Below the pieces are notes generated by a model. It was not told the origin of the DNA. It did not search any database and worked only from the letters and a program-made list of their open reading frames with translations. This document shows positions 1 to 12,144 of a DNA stretch of 64,000 nucleotides, piece after piece. The stretch lies in NCBI GenBank assembly GCA_951406725.2, contig OX597816.1, forward strand, positions 117,180,001-117,244,000, read 5' to 3'. The DNA is from Octopus vulgaris (lineage: Eukaryota). Position numbers and translations under genes: made by a program. Positions within the stretch are counted from its first letter, which is position 1. Each line of letters begins with the position of its first letter.

Positions 1-22
1 TAAACAACAACAACAGTCATAT

Positions 23-633
23 AACTGAGGAAAAATCTTTAGTAAAAGAATCTTTAGTTACTCAAGTTACAAAATGATAGACAATCTGAATAGCTAGCTA
101 GTTTGAAGTTCTGATCATTTTATTGGAATGTAGAGCCATAAGATTTTTGATGGGTAGGGTCAAATATAATCAGACTATAAGTAAAGTATCCCTAAAGAAC
201 AAAATGTGTTGTTCTTATTCGCAAAACTAGACATATAGCCACTGTTTTAACCCTTATTCAAGCAAAAGAAAAGTGGAATAGAAAAAAATATATATAGATA
301 TATATATATACATATAATACTTAGCAACGTGTTTTTCATCAATATTTACCTCACATAAGCATGACTTCTTTTAATCAGATGCATCCATCAGTGGATGACT
401 AACCAGCCACTATTGATTAAGCATAACTGTAAAGAACATAAACAGAAATATAAGAAGGAAATACTTTCAAGTTAAAATTTAGCATTGGTGCCAAAATGTC
501 TTTGGCCGCATTATAGCAAGATCCTATCCTTTTTTATTCGTCCACAATTTCACATAAAACTAAGGAAAAATCTTTTGTAAAAGAATCTTTAGTTGCCCAA
601 GTTACAAAATGATAGACAATCTAGGTAGCTAGC
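23..633. repeat. 76-bp direct repeat pair (23-98 and 558-633)
   Basis: aactgaggaaaaatctttagtaaaagaatctttagttactcaagttacaaaatgatagacaatctgaatagctagc recurs 535 bp later with about 7 substitutions. Confidence 0.9.
350..426 (-). other. candidate non-coding spliced exon
   Basis: Minus-strand acceptor tatgttctttacag| and donor gag|gtaaat; stops in all three frames. Confidence 0.45.
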
Positions 634-659
634 AATTTTGCTTTGCTACATACATAAAG

Positions 660-800
660 CAGTGGTTCTCAAAATGTTCACTTATATCTAAATGAATTTT
701 TCTACAGATCAAATTCTTTTGAAATGTCTATCTATTCAACAAATTCTGATTTGAACTCATAGACCTCCTCATAGACTTCCAGGAGTTAGCAGTCCCCAGG
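660..800. mobile_element. degenerate hAT-type MITE remnant
   Basis: Starts cagtggttctcaaa (hAT/Charlie-like TIR); the right end is cut by a SINE. Confidence 0.35.
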
Positions 801-955
801 TATTTCATCCGTCTTTATGTTCTGAGTTCAAATTCTGCCGAGGTCAATTTTGCCTTTTACCCTTTTTGAAATAAAATACGTACCAGTAGAGCACTGGGAT
901 CAATATAATAAACTTACCAAAATTTCTGGCCTTGTGCCAAAATTTGAAACCAATA
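800..955 (+). mobile_element. Nin-domain-like tRNA SINE (family B), 5'-truncated
   Basis: ttctgagttcaaattctgccgaggtcaattttgcctttt...taccagtagagcactggg matches the copies at 12576, 17730 and 17998. Confidence 0.8.
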
Positions 956-1234
956 TATTGTGATTATGAAATATCTACAGAAATAAAAATAATGAGATTA
1001 TCATCATCATTGTTATTACTGGTCACTTTTCCATATATGCATGGGTCAGAGGGAATCCACTGAGGCAGATGGCTTGCTGTTGCCAACCCTCACTTGTTTC
1101 TAAGTAAGGTAATATTTTCCTATGGAAAAGTGACCATTATAACAATGATGATGATAATCACATTATTATTTTTTTTCTGTAAATATTTCATAATCACAAT
1201 ATATTGGTTTCAAATTTTGGCACAAGGCCAGAAA
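923..1234. repeat. inverted repeat with ~113-bp arms (923-1035 / 1121-1234)
   Basis: Right arm is the near-exact reverse complement of the left arm; 85-bp spacer. Confidence 0.92.
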
Positions 1235-1319
1235 CAAGGGACTCCATTTGTATGATACTGATGCTCAATTATTCAATGATATCAAGACACCACAGGCAGA
1301 CATGCACACATACACACAT

Positions 1320-1485
1320 ATACATGCATGCAACAGACTTCTTTCAGCTTCTGTCTTCCAAATCCACTCACAAGGCTATGGTCAGTCGAAAGCTATAGAA
1401 AACACCAGCCCAAGATGTTGCAGTGGGATTGAACTCAAAACCATACAGGCTGTAAGTGAATATCTTAACCAGGAAGTCATGTTTG
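1320..1485 (-). mobile_element. CORE-like tRNA SINE (family A) fragment
   Basis: ttctttcagcttctgtcttccaaatccactcacaaggct...gggattgaactc is the reverse complement of the family A head. Confidence 0.75.
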
Positions 1486-1694
1486 CACCTTTATTACTAA
1501 TAATATATAAGTAACTTGTAATTAAAAAAACCTTGATGTAAACTGTATTACTGCAAAACTATTAAAAATTTTGTTAATATTTATATAGAAACAGTTTTTC
1601 CCCCAGTTATTTTACCCCTAATTCTTTATTGCATATGTAGTGCATTCAGTAATATATACATTCCTAAATGTTGTTGACATCAAATTTAACTCTT

Positions 1695-2390
1695 CATGTG
1701 GTAGGCCCCTCATCTGGGATGTCACATGCTATGACACCTTCTCCAGCAACAACTTGGTGTATTCAGCTACCAGCCCAGGTTCCACTGATTGTCGTCATCA
1801 TCATCATCATCGTTCAACGTCCACTTTCTATGCTAGCATGGGTTGGACGATTTGACTGAGGACTGGCGAACCAGATGGCTGCACCAGGCTCCAATCTGAT
1901 CTGGCAGAATTTCTACAGCTGGATGCCCTTCCTAACGCCAACCACTCTGAGAGTATAATGGGTGCTTTTACGTGCCACCGGCACGAGGGCCAGTCAGGTG
2001 GTACTGGCAGCGACCATGCTCAAATGGTGTTTTTTATGTGCCAGCTGCACAGGAGCCAGTCCAGCAGCACTGGCAACAACCTCGCTCGAATGTTTTTTCA
2101 TATGCCACAAGCACAAGTGCCAGAAGGTGGCGCTGGTAACTATCATGCTTGAATGATGCTTTTTATGTGCCACCGGCACAGAAGAAAGGTAAACTGTCAT
2201 GGTATAGGTCACTCGCTGACAGATTTATGGTCAAGTCTTTGGCAGTGGAGACCAGCACCACCCCAGTAGACTATATCCCTGCTCACCACTATCTAGGGTG
2301 GAGATGACTATCTGCAAGTGCAAGCCCTGTGAGTTAGAACACATCTCCCTAGCCAAACTCCAGGGCAACACTTTTTCCATTTTGTCTGTT
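1695..2390 (+). pseudogene. CRE-clade non-LTR retrotransposon C-terminal restriction-like endonuclease remnant, split by an RTE tail
   Basis: Translates to GRPLIWDVTCYDTFSS...GSTDCR | EER...RSLADRFMVKSLAVETS...HISLAKLQGNTFSIL, matching the CRE pattern WDxTCxDT...AExxK...AVET...ISLAxxRGNAxSIL. Confidence 0.65.
1796..2180 (-). mobile_element. RTE LINE 3' end (5'-truncated) with (GAT)n tail and ~4 UTR repeat units
   Basis: catcatcatcgttcaacgtccactttctatgctagcatgggttggacg matches the 3' end of the RT-bearing copies at 24863 and 46455. Confidence 0.85.
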
Positions 2391-2511
2391 AGGACAATGA
2401 GGCAGTCTGAATAACAGGAAATTGTATGTTCTACTCCTTAACATAAAATTACTGCAGTAAAGACCAGTAATTATTCATATTCAAGATTAAATCGAATAAA
2501 AGTGATCTCAC

Positions 2512-2690
2512 CTTAATCTATCTTAAATTCCCATTGATCTTGTGGCAAATAAAGAAATTATCACAGTAATTAATCTTCAGGAGAAATTTTTGCAATCTTC
2601 ATTATATCAGGCCTATTTTAGTCATCTTTGAAATAATGAATTCTAGTTAAACTTCATGAGCAATAAAATTAATAATTAGCCATTTGTTAG
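2512..2690 (-). other. candidate spliced exon (179 nt, mostly non-coding)
   Basis: Acceptor gttaattctttatttttttattatttag| and donor aag|gtgaga. Confidence 0.5.
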
Positions 2691-2934
2691 CTAAATAATA
2701 AAAAAATAAAGAATTAACAATAAAGACATTTAATGAAAGCTAAATAGAATTTTAAAAGTCATTAAATAATTTCTTAAGATATTAAATATAAATTATAACT
2801 GTTTAGTTAATTGAAATAGTTGACATTTTTTATTTGACATTTTTATATCACACATTTATGACGACGACCATCATCCTCATCACCAACAACAACAACACCA
2901 CTACCTTCAATTTATTTATTTATTATACTGTCTT

Positions 2935-3130
2935 TATACATTGAGTTCAAATTCTGCCGAGGTTGACTTTGCTTTTCATACTTTCAGGGTCGATGAAATA
3001 AGTACCAGTTACACACTGGGGTCAATGTAATCAATCAGACCTTCCACCCCCAAAATTTCTGGCCTTGTACTATCATCATCATCATCATTTAAAGTCCATT
3101 TTCCATGCTGATATGGGTGAGAAAGAATTA

Positions 3131-3173
<43 letters not shown>

Positions 3174-3175
3174 TA
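2935..3175 (+). mobile_element. family B SINE with (TTA)n tail, interrupted by a ~47-bp RTE-tail mini-insertion (3072-3118)
   Basis: gaggttgactttgcttttcatactttcagggtcgatgaaataagtaccagt; tail split as ggccttgtact|atcatc...atgggt|gagaaagaatta. Confidence 0.85.
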
Positions 3176-5505
3176 TTAGCATCATGATGCTAATAAAGAC
3201 AAGGAAAGTCCTTTCTTTGCACCTCCTAAAATCTCAGATGTCATATTTATCTAAGAAAATAACAATTCTGTACAAAAAAAAATGTTGATGAAAAAAAATT
3301 TCATTATGGATGCCCTGTTAAACAAGACACAATTCACAATATAGGACATACCTAAATAGTTAAGATTAAAATTAAAGCTTAAAAAAAAATGAAAAAATTA
3401 ACATAATTTAATGTAGAAAAACAAAAAAAATTGACTGAGAGGAAAACAAAAAAAAATTGACTGAAAGAAAAACAATAAAATTGACCAGAACAAACACAAT
3501 ATGTCTGTTTAATCAGCACCAATTCCTCAACAAAGAAAAAAAATGTAGTACCTATTCCTCATGTATAAAAATATGTAGAGTTTAGCCAATAAGATTTTCT
3601 ATGAAAATAGCTATGAGTGGTCAAGCCAATAGATGGACAAGATCACTTACAGGCATTGGTCAAGGAGACAAGCGGCCAGTCAGTGCAAGCACAAAATCAT
3701 GCTACAACACCTGATAATGCCAAGGAAAGAAATGGCTTTAAAGAAACAAGCTGCTGAGGTAACAAAAAATATATATATATAGCTAAAAAAAGTAGAAATA
3801 TGAGGGAGGAGGAGTTAAAAAAACAAGTGGAAGGAAAGACAAGAAAAAAATCAATGGATTAGCGATGAAGAATTGTTCTATACAGACTTAGATACTGACG
3901 AATTGAGAATGTAACGCGTAGCAGTGACTGGTTAAAAAGATGACTGTAAGAAGATATTTAGAAGGAAAAAAAATAAACAAATATGGTGAGTGCTGCTAAT
4001 TCCAATCTATTCCATGTAGTTGGCAGTCATGGAATTTCAGCCAAGTGTTGAAACAAACTGGCAAGCACTTTTCACATCGCTAGTTAATATTGATTATCAA
4101 TCCAAGGCAAAAGAGAAGCGATTGCACCGATAGGCAACAAATTGGGTGGCAATCATTTTTACCGAGAATGTTAAACAACTCCATTACACTTGCTTGGTTT
4201 GGTAACTTTTCTGTCAGCATTTCTATTGTTAATCTGACAGTTTTGGAATATTTCAACAGCAAATATGATTTAGTGTTTCTTAAACTTAACAAAACTGTTA
4301 ATCAATTTAGTTGTTAAGTTTGTTACTGGTGTTTGCTATATTTTTCTTATAGTCACATTTTCTTATAATAGAAAATTGTTTTACCCACATTTTAAAATAG
4401 GAAAGAAAAAAATTGTTTTTATTTTTCAGAATTAGCTAAGAATTTGCAAGAGAGATAATGTTATACTATATTTTCTAGGGTTGAGCTATTATAACACAAT
4501 ATTAAAAAAAAAAAAATGGTTGGATAGCTGTAGGACTCGCGTTAACACCTTCACCACCACCACCTTCATCAACATCATCATCATTATCATCATCATTACC
4601 TTCAACAATATCATCATTACTATTATAATCTTTATTATTGTATATAATTGTTGGTGACAGATATTTAGTTTAATATTTTTCCTTTACTTTTTAATGAAGG
4701 AAGTAATCTTGACATAGTCACTGTTCTGTATGTCTTATAACTCTTCAATAGGCTCACAACCCAAAATTAGGAAAAAAAAGAAATAGTCTTTAAGGATGAT
4801 ATCTGAATGGGATAAGACCAAGCAAGCTATCATATCACACATTAGTGGCCCATTTATTTTGAATACTAACCTTTAAATTCCACTTTATATTAATATGTTG
4901 AATAATATTTCTGTTGTTGGTTTAACATTCATTAGTGTTCATGATTTTTTTTGTCAAAGACACAGGAAATAGTAATACACATACAATCACAAACAACAGG
5001 CATGTATATGTATAAACACACACAAACCAACACACATTTGTACACATATAAATAAACACACACACATATGCATGTATTTGTATTTAAAAATATAGGTATG
5101 AATATATACATTGATACAGGTAGATACATATATATGTATAGACATTATATATATATAGACACATATTATATACATATCGATTTAACTATCTATCTATATA
5201 TATATATATATATACATACATACAAACATGTTTTCTATATACATACACACATTCGTGCGTGTGTGTCTGTGTGTGCAAAAATATATATTTTGATATTTGT
5301 TTTATGTTATAATAAAAAAGTCTTACATTAATCAGATGGGTTACTCTATACTTAAGTAGAGTACAATTTTATTATTCTGAGACAAGAATATTATTGTGAC
5401 TTCAAAGTTTTAACCAACTAAGCCACCATCCAATGCTGGTTGAAACTTGTAAGTCATTATCAATAATATTGTGGTTTACACACTAACACACACAAATATA
5501 TGCAT

Positions 5506-5574
<69 letters not shown>

Positions 5575-5710
5575 TTTAAGCACAGACATGTGCTAAGAAG
5601 TTTGCTTCATGACCACATGGTTCCCAGTTCAATCCCACTGTGCAGCACCTTAGCACACATATTTATTTACATATATATATATGCAATATATATACAAACA
5701 AATATATAGA

Positions 5711-5742
<32 letters not shown>

Positions 5743-5986
5743 AGTGAGTGAATGAGCATATTTGAGCTTATGATTCTCTCTTAACCATTGCATGAAACTG
5801 GAAATTGTTTACTCACAGCTCTATAACTTAGCAGTTCAGCAAAAGAGAATGACAGAATAAGTACCAGACTTGAAAAATAAATACAGAGATTGATTTATTC
5901 AATTACACTCAAATCGGTGTTCTGGCACAGCCAAAAGAAGCAAGTAACAGACAGCTAGATATATACATACTTATATACATAAATAT

Positions 5987-6394
5987 AGGTGCAGGAGTGG
6001 CTGTGTGGTAAGTAGCTTGTTTACCAACCACATGGTTCCGGGTTCAGTCCCACTGCATGGCACCTTGGGCAAGTGTCTTCTACTATAGCTGCGGGCCGAC
6101 CAAAATCTTGTGAGTGGATTTGGTAGACGGAAACTGAAAGAAGCCCGTCGTATATATGTATATGTATATATGCGTATGTGTGTTTGTGTGTCTGTGTTTG
6201 TCCCCCTAGCATTGCTTGACAACCGATGCTGGTGTGTTTATGTCCCCGTTACTTAGCGGTTCAGCAAAAGAGACCGATAGAATAAGTACTGGGCTTACAA
6301 AAAAGAATAAGTCCCGGGGTCGAGTTGCTCGATTAAAGGTGGTGCTCCAGCATGGCCGCAGTCAATTGACTGAAACAAGTAAAAGAGTAAAGAG
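5987..6394 (+). mobile_element. full-length family A SINE
   Basis: Box A-like tggctgtgtgg, box B-like ggttcagtcc, CORE-like caccttgggcaagtgtctt, internal (TA/TG) tract, 3' end gactgaaacaagtaaaagag. Confidence 0.9.
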
Positions 6395-6559
6395 TATATA
6401 CATCTGTAAGAGTAATACGAACATATATATAAAGATGCATATTAGTGTATGTATATTTACATACATAAACATGCATGTATATACACATACACACATGTAT
6501 ACCAATGCATGAATATATATATATATATATATATATTCATGCACAAATATAAATACCTA

Positions 6560-6775
6560 TGCATATTGCCGAAAAGTTCTTGGCTTTGGGTTCAAGAAAA
6601 TACTGGAGGATCAGTTAATTATGATTTTATTCAACATATTTCCCTCTCAGATTCACACTCTTATTGCAATGATCCTTCAGTTTTTCTAAGCCCTGTGAAA
6701 GAACTTGGAAGGTTGGACCTCCAACCAGGCCTTTCGCAATACCCTTAAAGCCAGGAACTTTTCAGCACCCCCTCA
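6560..6775. mobile_element. mariner-type MITE
   Basis: TIRs tgccgaaaagttcttggcttt / aaagccaggaacttttcagca; TA on both flanks. Confidence 0.75.
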
Positions 6776-6791
6776 TAAATGTATGTATGTA

Positions 6792-6901
<110 letters not shown>

Positions 6902-6904
6902 TTC

Positions 6905-7040
6905 ACCATAATAGATTGCTAGCCACTACAAATTGTTTATTTTCTCTCCCTGTTTCTTTCTGTGGAAGAGTGTAGGCTCGAAACGCTAAAGACTTTTTCA
7001 CTGGAAAGGCATGACCCAACTCAATAAACATTAACAACTG
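6905..7040 (+). mobile_element. Penelope pLTR-like fragment with degenerate hammerhead core
   Basis: ctgtggaa-gagt-gtag-gctc-gaaacg at 6960-6985 followed by aataaa; sits beside (TA)n. Confidence 0.55.
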
Positions 7041-7459
7041 TGTGACGTGAGGGCAAAAGAAAAATGAAAGTGTCACCTCTGGAGTTTGCAAATGACCACT
7101 ATACCAATAGGTAACTGGACAGAATAAATTTACAATCTATAAATGTCTTTGAATAACCAGTCACTCATCTGGGAAGGCCTTGAAATCAATGTTGCCATCT
7201 GGGGACTATGTGTGACCCAAAGGAGGTCTGCAACCAAATAACTTTACTCAACACTTTGCAACTGAATCAGTGGAGGCAAAGATGCCTCTCATTTACCTGA
7301 CAATTTATGTACCACATTGCAGAAATCGCAATCTAAGTAATCTCAAAGCAAACTCTTACACTGTTGTACCATTGAATTACAAATAATGCTCTGCTCATCT
7401 TTTATGCTTGGGTGACCCTCCAACTGTATTCGTCTTTGCTTAGATAAAATGACTAAATT

Positions 7460-8089
7460 GTGGGTGTTAAGTCCCCATAAAGGGATCTTTCTAACTTCTA
7501 AAAATATGAAATTTTAGAAATATTACTTAATTTGTGTCTAATATCTATGGTTAAAATTTCATCAACAGCAAAAATATATGAATTCTCATGGGGGTTATGG
7601 CCCTTATGCATAGAATATAATTTCCAAATTTCCTAAAGCTCCATTTAGTACTTTTAACCTAGTTTTGGATCATAAAAAAAAAAGACTAAAATTTGGGAGT
7701 TAAGGCCCCCATTAGGGAGGCTTAGAATCCTCATGAGAGGTGGAAACTTTGAGAATACTTTTTGATGTGCGTCAATTACCCATGGTTGAAATTTCATCAA
7801 CATCGAAAATTTATGAATTTTCATGGGGGTTCTGCTCCCTTTAAACAATCTCAAATTCAAACCAAACATATTGCATTATACCCACCCTTATGCATTGAAT
7901 CTAAGTTCCAAATATCATAAGGATCCATTCAGTAATTTTGGTCCATGAAATTGTATGAAACACACAGCATAACCCTTCCCCTAGGCTTGGATTTTGTGTT
8001 CCAAATTTCATTAGGATTGGTGGAGTAGTTTTCGAAAATATACATAACATATGAACACACATAAACACATTGACTTTTATATAATTTTC

Positions 8090-8090
<1 letters not shown>
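7460..8090 (-). mobile_element. non-autonomous Helitron/Helentron-like element
   Basis: Minus strand starts tatataaaagtcaatgtgtttatgtgtg...aaactactccaccaatcctaatgaaatttgg; internal repeats of ggttgaaatttcatcaa and ttccaaatttc. Confidence 0.5.
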
Positions 8091-8130
<40 letters not shown>

Positions 8131-8134
<4 letters not shown>

Positions 8135-8397
8135 TCATCATCATCATCATCGTTTAAAAATCCGCTTTCCTTGCTAGCATGGGTTGGACGGTTCAACTGG
8201 GGCCTGGGAAGCCAGAAGGCTGCACCAGGCCCAATCTGATCTGGCAGTGTTTCTACGGCTGGATGCCCTTCCTAACGCCAACCACTACGTGAGTGTAGTG
8301 GGTGCTTTTTACGTGCCACCAGCACAGGTGCTAGACGAGGCTGGCAAACGGCCATGATCGGATGGTGCTTTTTACATGCCACTGGCACAGAAGCCAG
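8131..8397 (-). mobile_element. RTE 3' end fragment in (TA)n
   Basis: (CAT)n cgtttaaaaatccgctttccttgctagcatgggttggacgg plus ~2 UTR repeat units. Confidence 0.9.
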
Positions 8398-8611
8398 ATA
8401 ATACACACATACACATATATGTATATGTGATGTGCATATTCATATCAATTATATAAAAGTCAATGTCTTTATGTGTGTTCGTATGTTACTTATTTGTAGA
8501 AAATAGAAATAAACAGTCTTTGACTGCTATTTCTAATTTTTCGGTATGTGGCTAAGCAACCTGTTGCCTGCCCCTTTTTATTTATATATATATATATATA
8601 TATATACAGAT

Positions 8612-8619
<8 letters not shown>

Positions 8620-8667
<48 letters not shown>

Positions 8668-8885
8668 CTGTGTGAATCCCTAAAACTTGAGAACTACACA
8701 ACCAATTTCATTCAAATTTTACATATGCCTTACTTACGGTCCATGTAGTGTCACGGGCCAAAAAAATTTTTAACTTCTTGCCTAGTGCGAGCCCAGAGCA
8801 ATATCATATTTTCTCCACTATTTCAGTATTACATGTCAAAAGTGAAACAACATCTCTGAAACTATTAAAGTGAAACTATTATCTC
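8620..8885 (+). mobile_element. Helitron-like 5' terminal fragment
   Basis: (TA)n(TG)n then tccctaaaacttgagaactacacaaccaatttcattcaaattttac, resembling the 5' ends of non-autonomous rolling-circle elements. Confidence 0.45.
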
Positions 8886-8888
8886 ACA

Positions 8889-8913
8889 TTATATATATAT
8901 ACATATATACATG

Positions 8914-8952
<39 letters not shown>

Positions 8953-8986
8953 CATATATTACATATATATGTATACATCTGCATAA

Positions 8987-9040
<54 letters not shown>

Positions 9041-9278
9041 ATATATAGATGTATATATATATATATATATACATGTATATATATAGATGTATCTTATACA
9101 TGTATATGTATAGATGTATATATATAGATATAGATATAGATATAGATGTATTTGTATACATGTATATGTGTAGATGTACAAGTAATATGTACACATACAT
9201 ATACACATATATACATGCATATATATATATACACCCATGCATACACATACACACACACACACACACACATATATACAT
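8889..9278. repeat. long degenerate (TA)n/(TAGATA)n/(CA)n microsatellite
   Basis: Directly visible. Confidence 0.95.
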
Positions 9279-9279
9279 A

Positions 9280-9510
9280 GGTGCAGGTGTGGCTGTGAGG
9301 TAAGAAACATGGTTTCAAAACACATGGTCCTGGGTTCAGTCCCAGTGTGTGGTGACTTGGCATGTGTCTTCTGCTATAGCCTCAGACCAACCAAGAAATC
9401 AATCATATATATATGTATGTATATATGTAAGTGTATATCTGTGTTTTTTCCTCTGTGTTTCTTCCTCATCACTGCTTCACAACTGCTGTTCGTTTATTTA
9501 CATCCCCATA
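9280..9510 (+). mobile_element. family A SINE (degenerate)
   Basis: ggtgcaggtgtggctgtgaggtaagaa...gggttcagtcccagtgtgtggtgacttgg. Confidence 0.75.
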
Positions 9511-9543
9511 ACTTACTGGTATATATATATATATACACATATG

Positions 9544-9710
9544 CATCATCATCATCGTTTAATGTCAGCTTTCCATGCTGGCATGTGTTGGACAGTTTGA
9601 CTGAGGACTGGTGAGCCAGAGGCTGCACCAGGGTCAATCAGATCTGGCAAAGTTTCTACAGCTGGACGCCTTTCCTAACGCCAACCACTCCAAGAGTGTA
9701 GCGGGTGCCT
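9544..9710 (-). mobile_element. RTE 3' end fragment
   Basis: (CAT)n cgtttaatgtcagctttccatgctggcatgtgttggacag. Confidence 0.85.
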
Positions 9711-9930
9711 ATTCCTGCCGAGAGTCCCAAATGAACCTACCACATGGTGAGAGGTGCAAATGAGGGTAGCTACACCCAACTCCATTCTTCATCAAGTGCC
9801 GCCTATTGGTGGAGGCTCTCAGTAATAACAGTGTAGCAAAACGGCGGAGCATCAGTATAGCCACAGCTCAGAGCTGAAACCACAGAGGAAAGTATATATA
9901 CATGTATGTATGTATGTATGTATATATATA

Positions 9931-9964
<34 letters not shown>

Positions 9965-9966
<2 letters not shown>

Positions 9967-10490
9967 ATCATCATCATCATTTAACGTCCGCTTTCCATGC
10001 TAGCATGGGTTGGACGGTTCAACTGGGGTCTGGGGAGCCCGAAGGCTGCACCAGGCCAGTCAGATCTGGCAGTGTTTCTACAGCTGGATGCCCTTCCTAA
10101 CGCCAACCACTCCGAGAGTGTAGTGGGTGATTTTATGTGCCACCGACACAGGTGCCAGACGAGGCTGGCGAACGGCCACGCTCGGATGGTGTTTTTTATG
10201 TGCCACCGACACAGGTGCCAGACGAGGCTGGCAGACGGCCACGCTCGGATGGTGTTTTTTATGTGCCACCGACACAGGTGCCAGATGAGGCTGGCGAACG
10301 GCCACGATCGGATGGTGTTTGTTACGTGCTCACAGCACGGAGGCCAGTCAATGCGGTACTGGCTACGACCACGTTCGGATGGTTTTCTTGTGTGCCACCG
10401 GCACTAATGGTACCACAAGATACAAATTCCATTGATGTTCAACTATTTTGATTTGGTTTGATTTTGATTTTCACTTGCCTCAACAGGTCT
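9965..10490 (-). mobile_element. young RTE 3' UTR fragment with ~63-bp tandem units
   Basis: Nearly identical to 24863-25451 apart from the number of units. Confidence 0.92.
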
Positions 10491-10519
10491 TATGCATATA
10501 TATATGTATATGATGATGA

Positions 10520-10563
10520 TCATCATCATCGTTTAACATCCGTTCTCCATGCTAGCATGGGTT
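10520..10563 (-). mobile_element. 44-bp RTE-tail mini-insertion
   Basis: (CAT)n cgtttaacatccgttctccatgctagcatgggtt, then unrelated sequence. Confidence 0.8.
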
Positions 10564-11007
10564 ATGTGCATATATATGACTGAAGATTGAAGGCTTCGAA
10601 TGTCCCGTCCGTGTTTTTTGTATCGTCTTCTAAATGTTTTACATTCTTGTCCCAGTTTGTATTTTTCTACATATAATATATACATATGTATATATATGTG
10701 CATATAGATGTATATATATATATATATACCTATTATCACTTGTTTCCAAACAAGATATTTCCTGATGCCCAGATATGTCTTTCTTGGAAGACTACAAATG
10801 AGCAACTTTGCTTGCATGAGTGATATTCATTTACAACCATTATGTGATGTGAAAACAAGGGCACGGTCACACACATACAATGGACTTCATTCAGCTTCTG
10901 TCCTCCAAAACCATTCATAAGGCTTTTGAACCAGAGAGCCATGCCTGCATCTAACTATGCATTTGACTATAAGCATAAACACACATATATTTATATATAC
11001 ATACATA

Positions 11008-11900
11008 TGAGGTCTGACCAGTAAGTATCCAGACTGTTGCCATAGTAACGAACCTAAAGCATGCAGAGTGAAGCCACTTGGCAAAGACTGGCCTTAAACT
11101 CTGCTGTGCATGCACATTAAGTTTTAATGTTCTAACTAACTTCCACTGTTTACAGCAGTGCTTGGAAGGAAGGTGTGTAGAGTTTGATCATCACATTAAC
11201 CATGACAGAGAAAGTTGTCATGGCAATACCTGCTCAGAGGCTTATGCAAAGTTGTAGAAAGTGTATGAAGAGGAGTATAGGAGCCACACACAAGTCTACG
11301 AGTGGTTCAGATGTTTCAAAGATGACCAAAAAAACGTCAATATTGATGAACATTCTGAGAGACCTGCAACCAGCAGAACTGAGAAAAACATTGCAGATAT
11401 GCATGCAGCGGTGAGGAAAAATCTACAAATTACCATCTGTGAGTTATCAGAGGATGTGCATATTGGTTACGGTTCAGTTCAGTCCATTATCACTAAAGAT
11501 TTGGGTATGGGACACATGGCTGCCAAGTTTGTACCAAAACTGCTTTCAGCTGACCAAAATGACACACAGATTTCGGTTGCACAATATCTCATTGATTGTG
11601 TCAAGAACGATGAAGACTTTTTGAAAACCCTGCTTAGGCCTGTGAGCAGGTATCGCCAAGTTTTTGGCAAAATTTGATGCAGATTCTCTGCTCAATTTTC
11701 TGTCATGGCGAATGCAACGATCACATGCTACACACCTTCCTTCCAAGCACTGCTGTAAACAGCAAAAGTGAGTTAAAACATTAAAACTTAGTGCACATGC
11801 ACAGCAGAGACTAAGGTCAATGTGTACCTATTGGCTTCACTCTCCGTGCTTTAGTTTCATTATTATGGTAACAGTCTAGATACTCTTTGATCAGACCACG
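11008..11900 (+). mobile_element. internally deleted mariner transposon with ~180-bp TIRs
   Basis: TA flanks; long TIRs gaggtctgaccagtaagtatccagactgtt... / ...aacagtctagatactctttgatcagaccacg. Confidence 0.92.
11261..11677 (+). pseudogene. mariner transposase N-terminal HTH fragment (no DD34D domain)
   Basis: QVYEWFRCFK...DEHSERPATS...ITICELSEDVHIGYGSVQSII...AAKFVPKLL (WVPxxL-type linker). Confidence 0.88.
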
Positions 11901-12144
11901 TATATACATATGTGGGAGGGGGGTGAGTATGTGTATGTTGGAGTATGTGTGTGTGTGTACATACTGTCACCTTGTCTTGACATCATGTGATAGTTGTAAA
12001 CAAGTGTCATCATCAGGCCATGAGAAATATGACCTTGCTTGGAAACAGATGAAGATTGGTGACAGGAAGGTCATCTGGCTATAGAAAATCTACCTCGACA
12101 ACTCCAGCCTAACCCATGCAAGCATGGGCAAATGGGCATTACAT

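Noticed and set aside
5987-6060. tRNA gene
   Set aside because: Only box A/B remnants of a SINE head; no cloverleaf
8879-9363. Y/I/C/V/H/T-rich ORFs here and throughout the window
   Set aside because: Translations of (TA)n, (CA)n and (GA)n microsatellites
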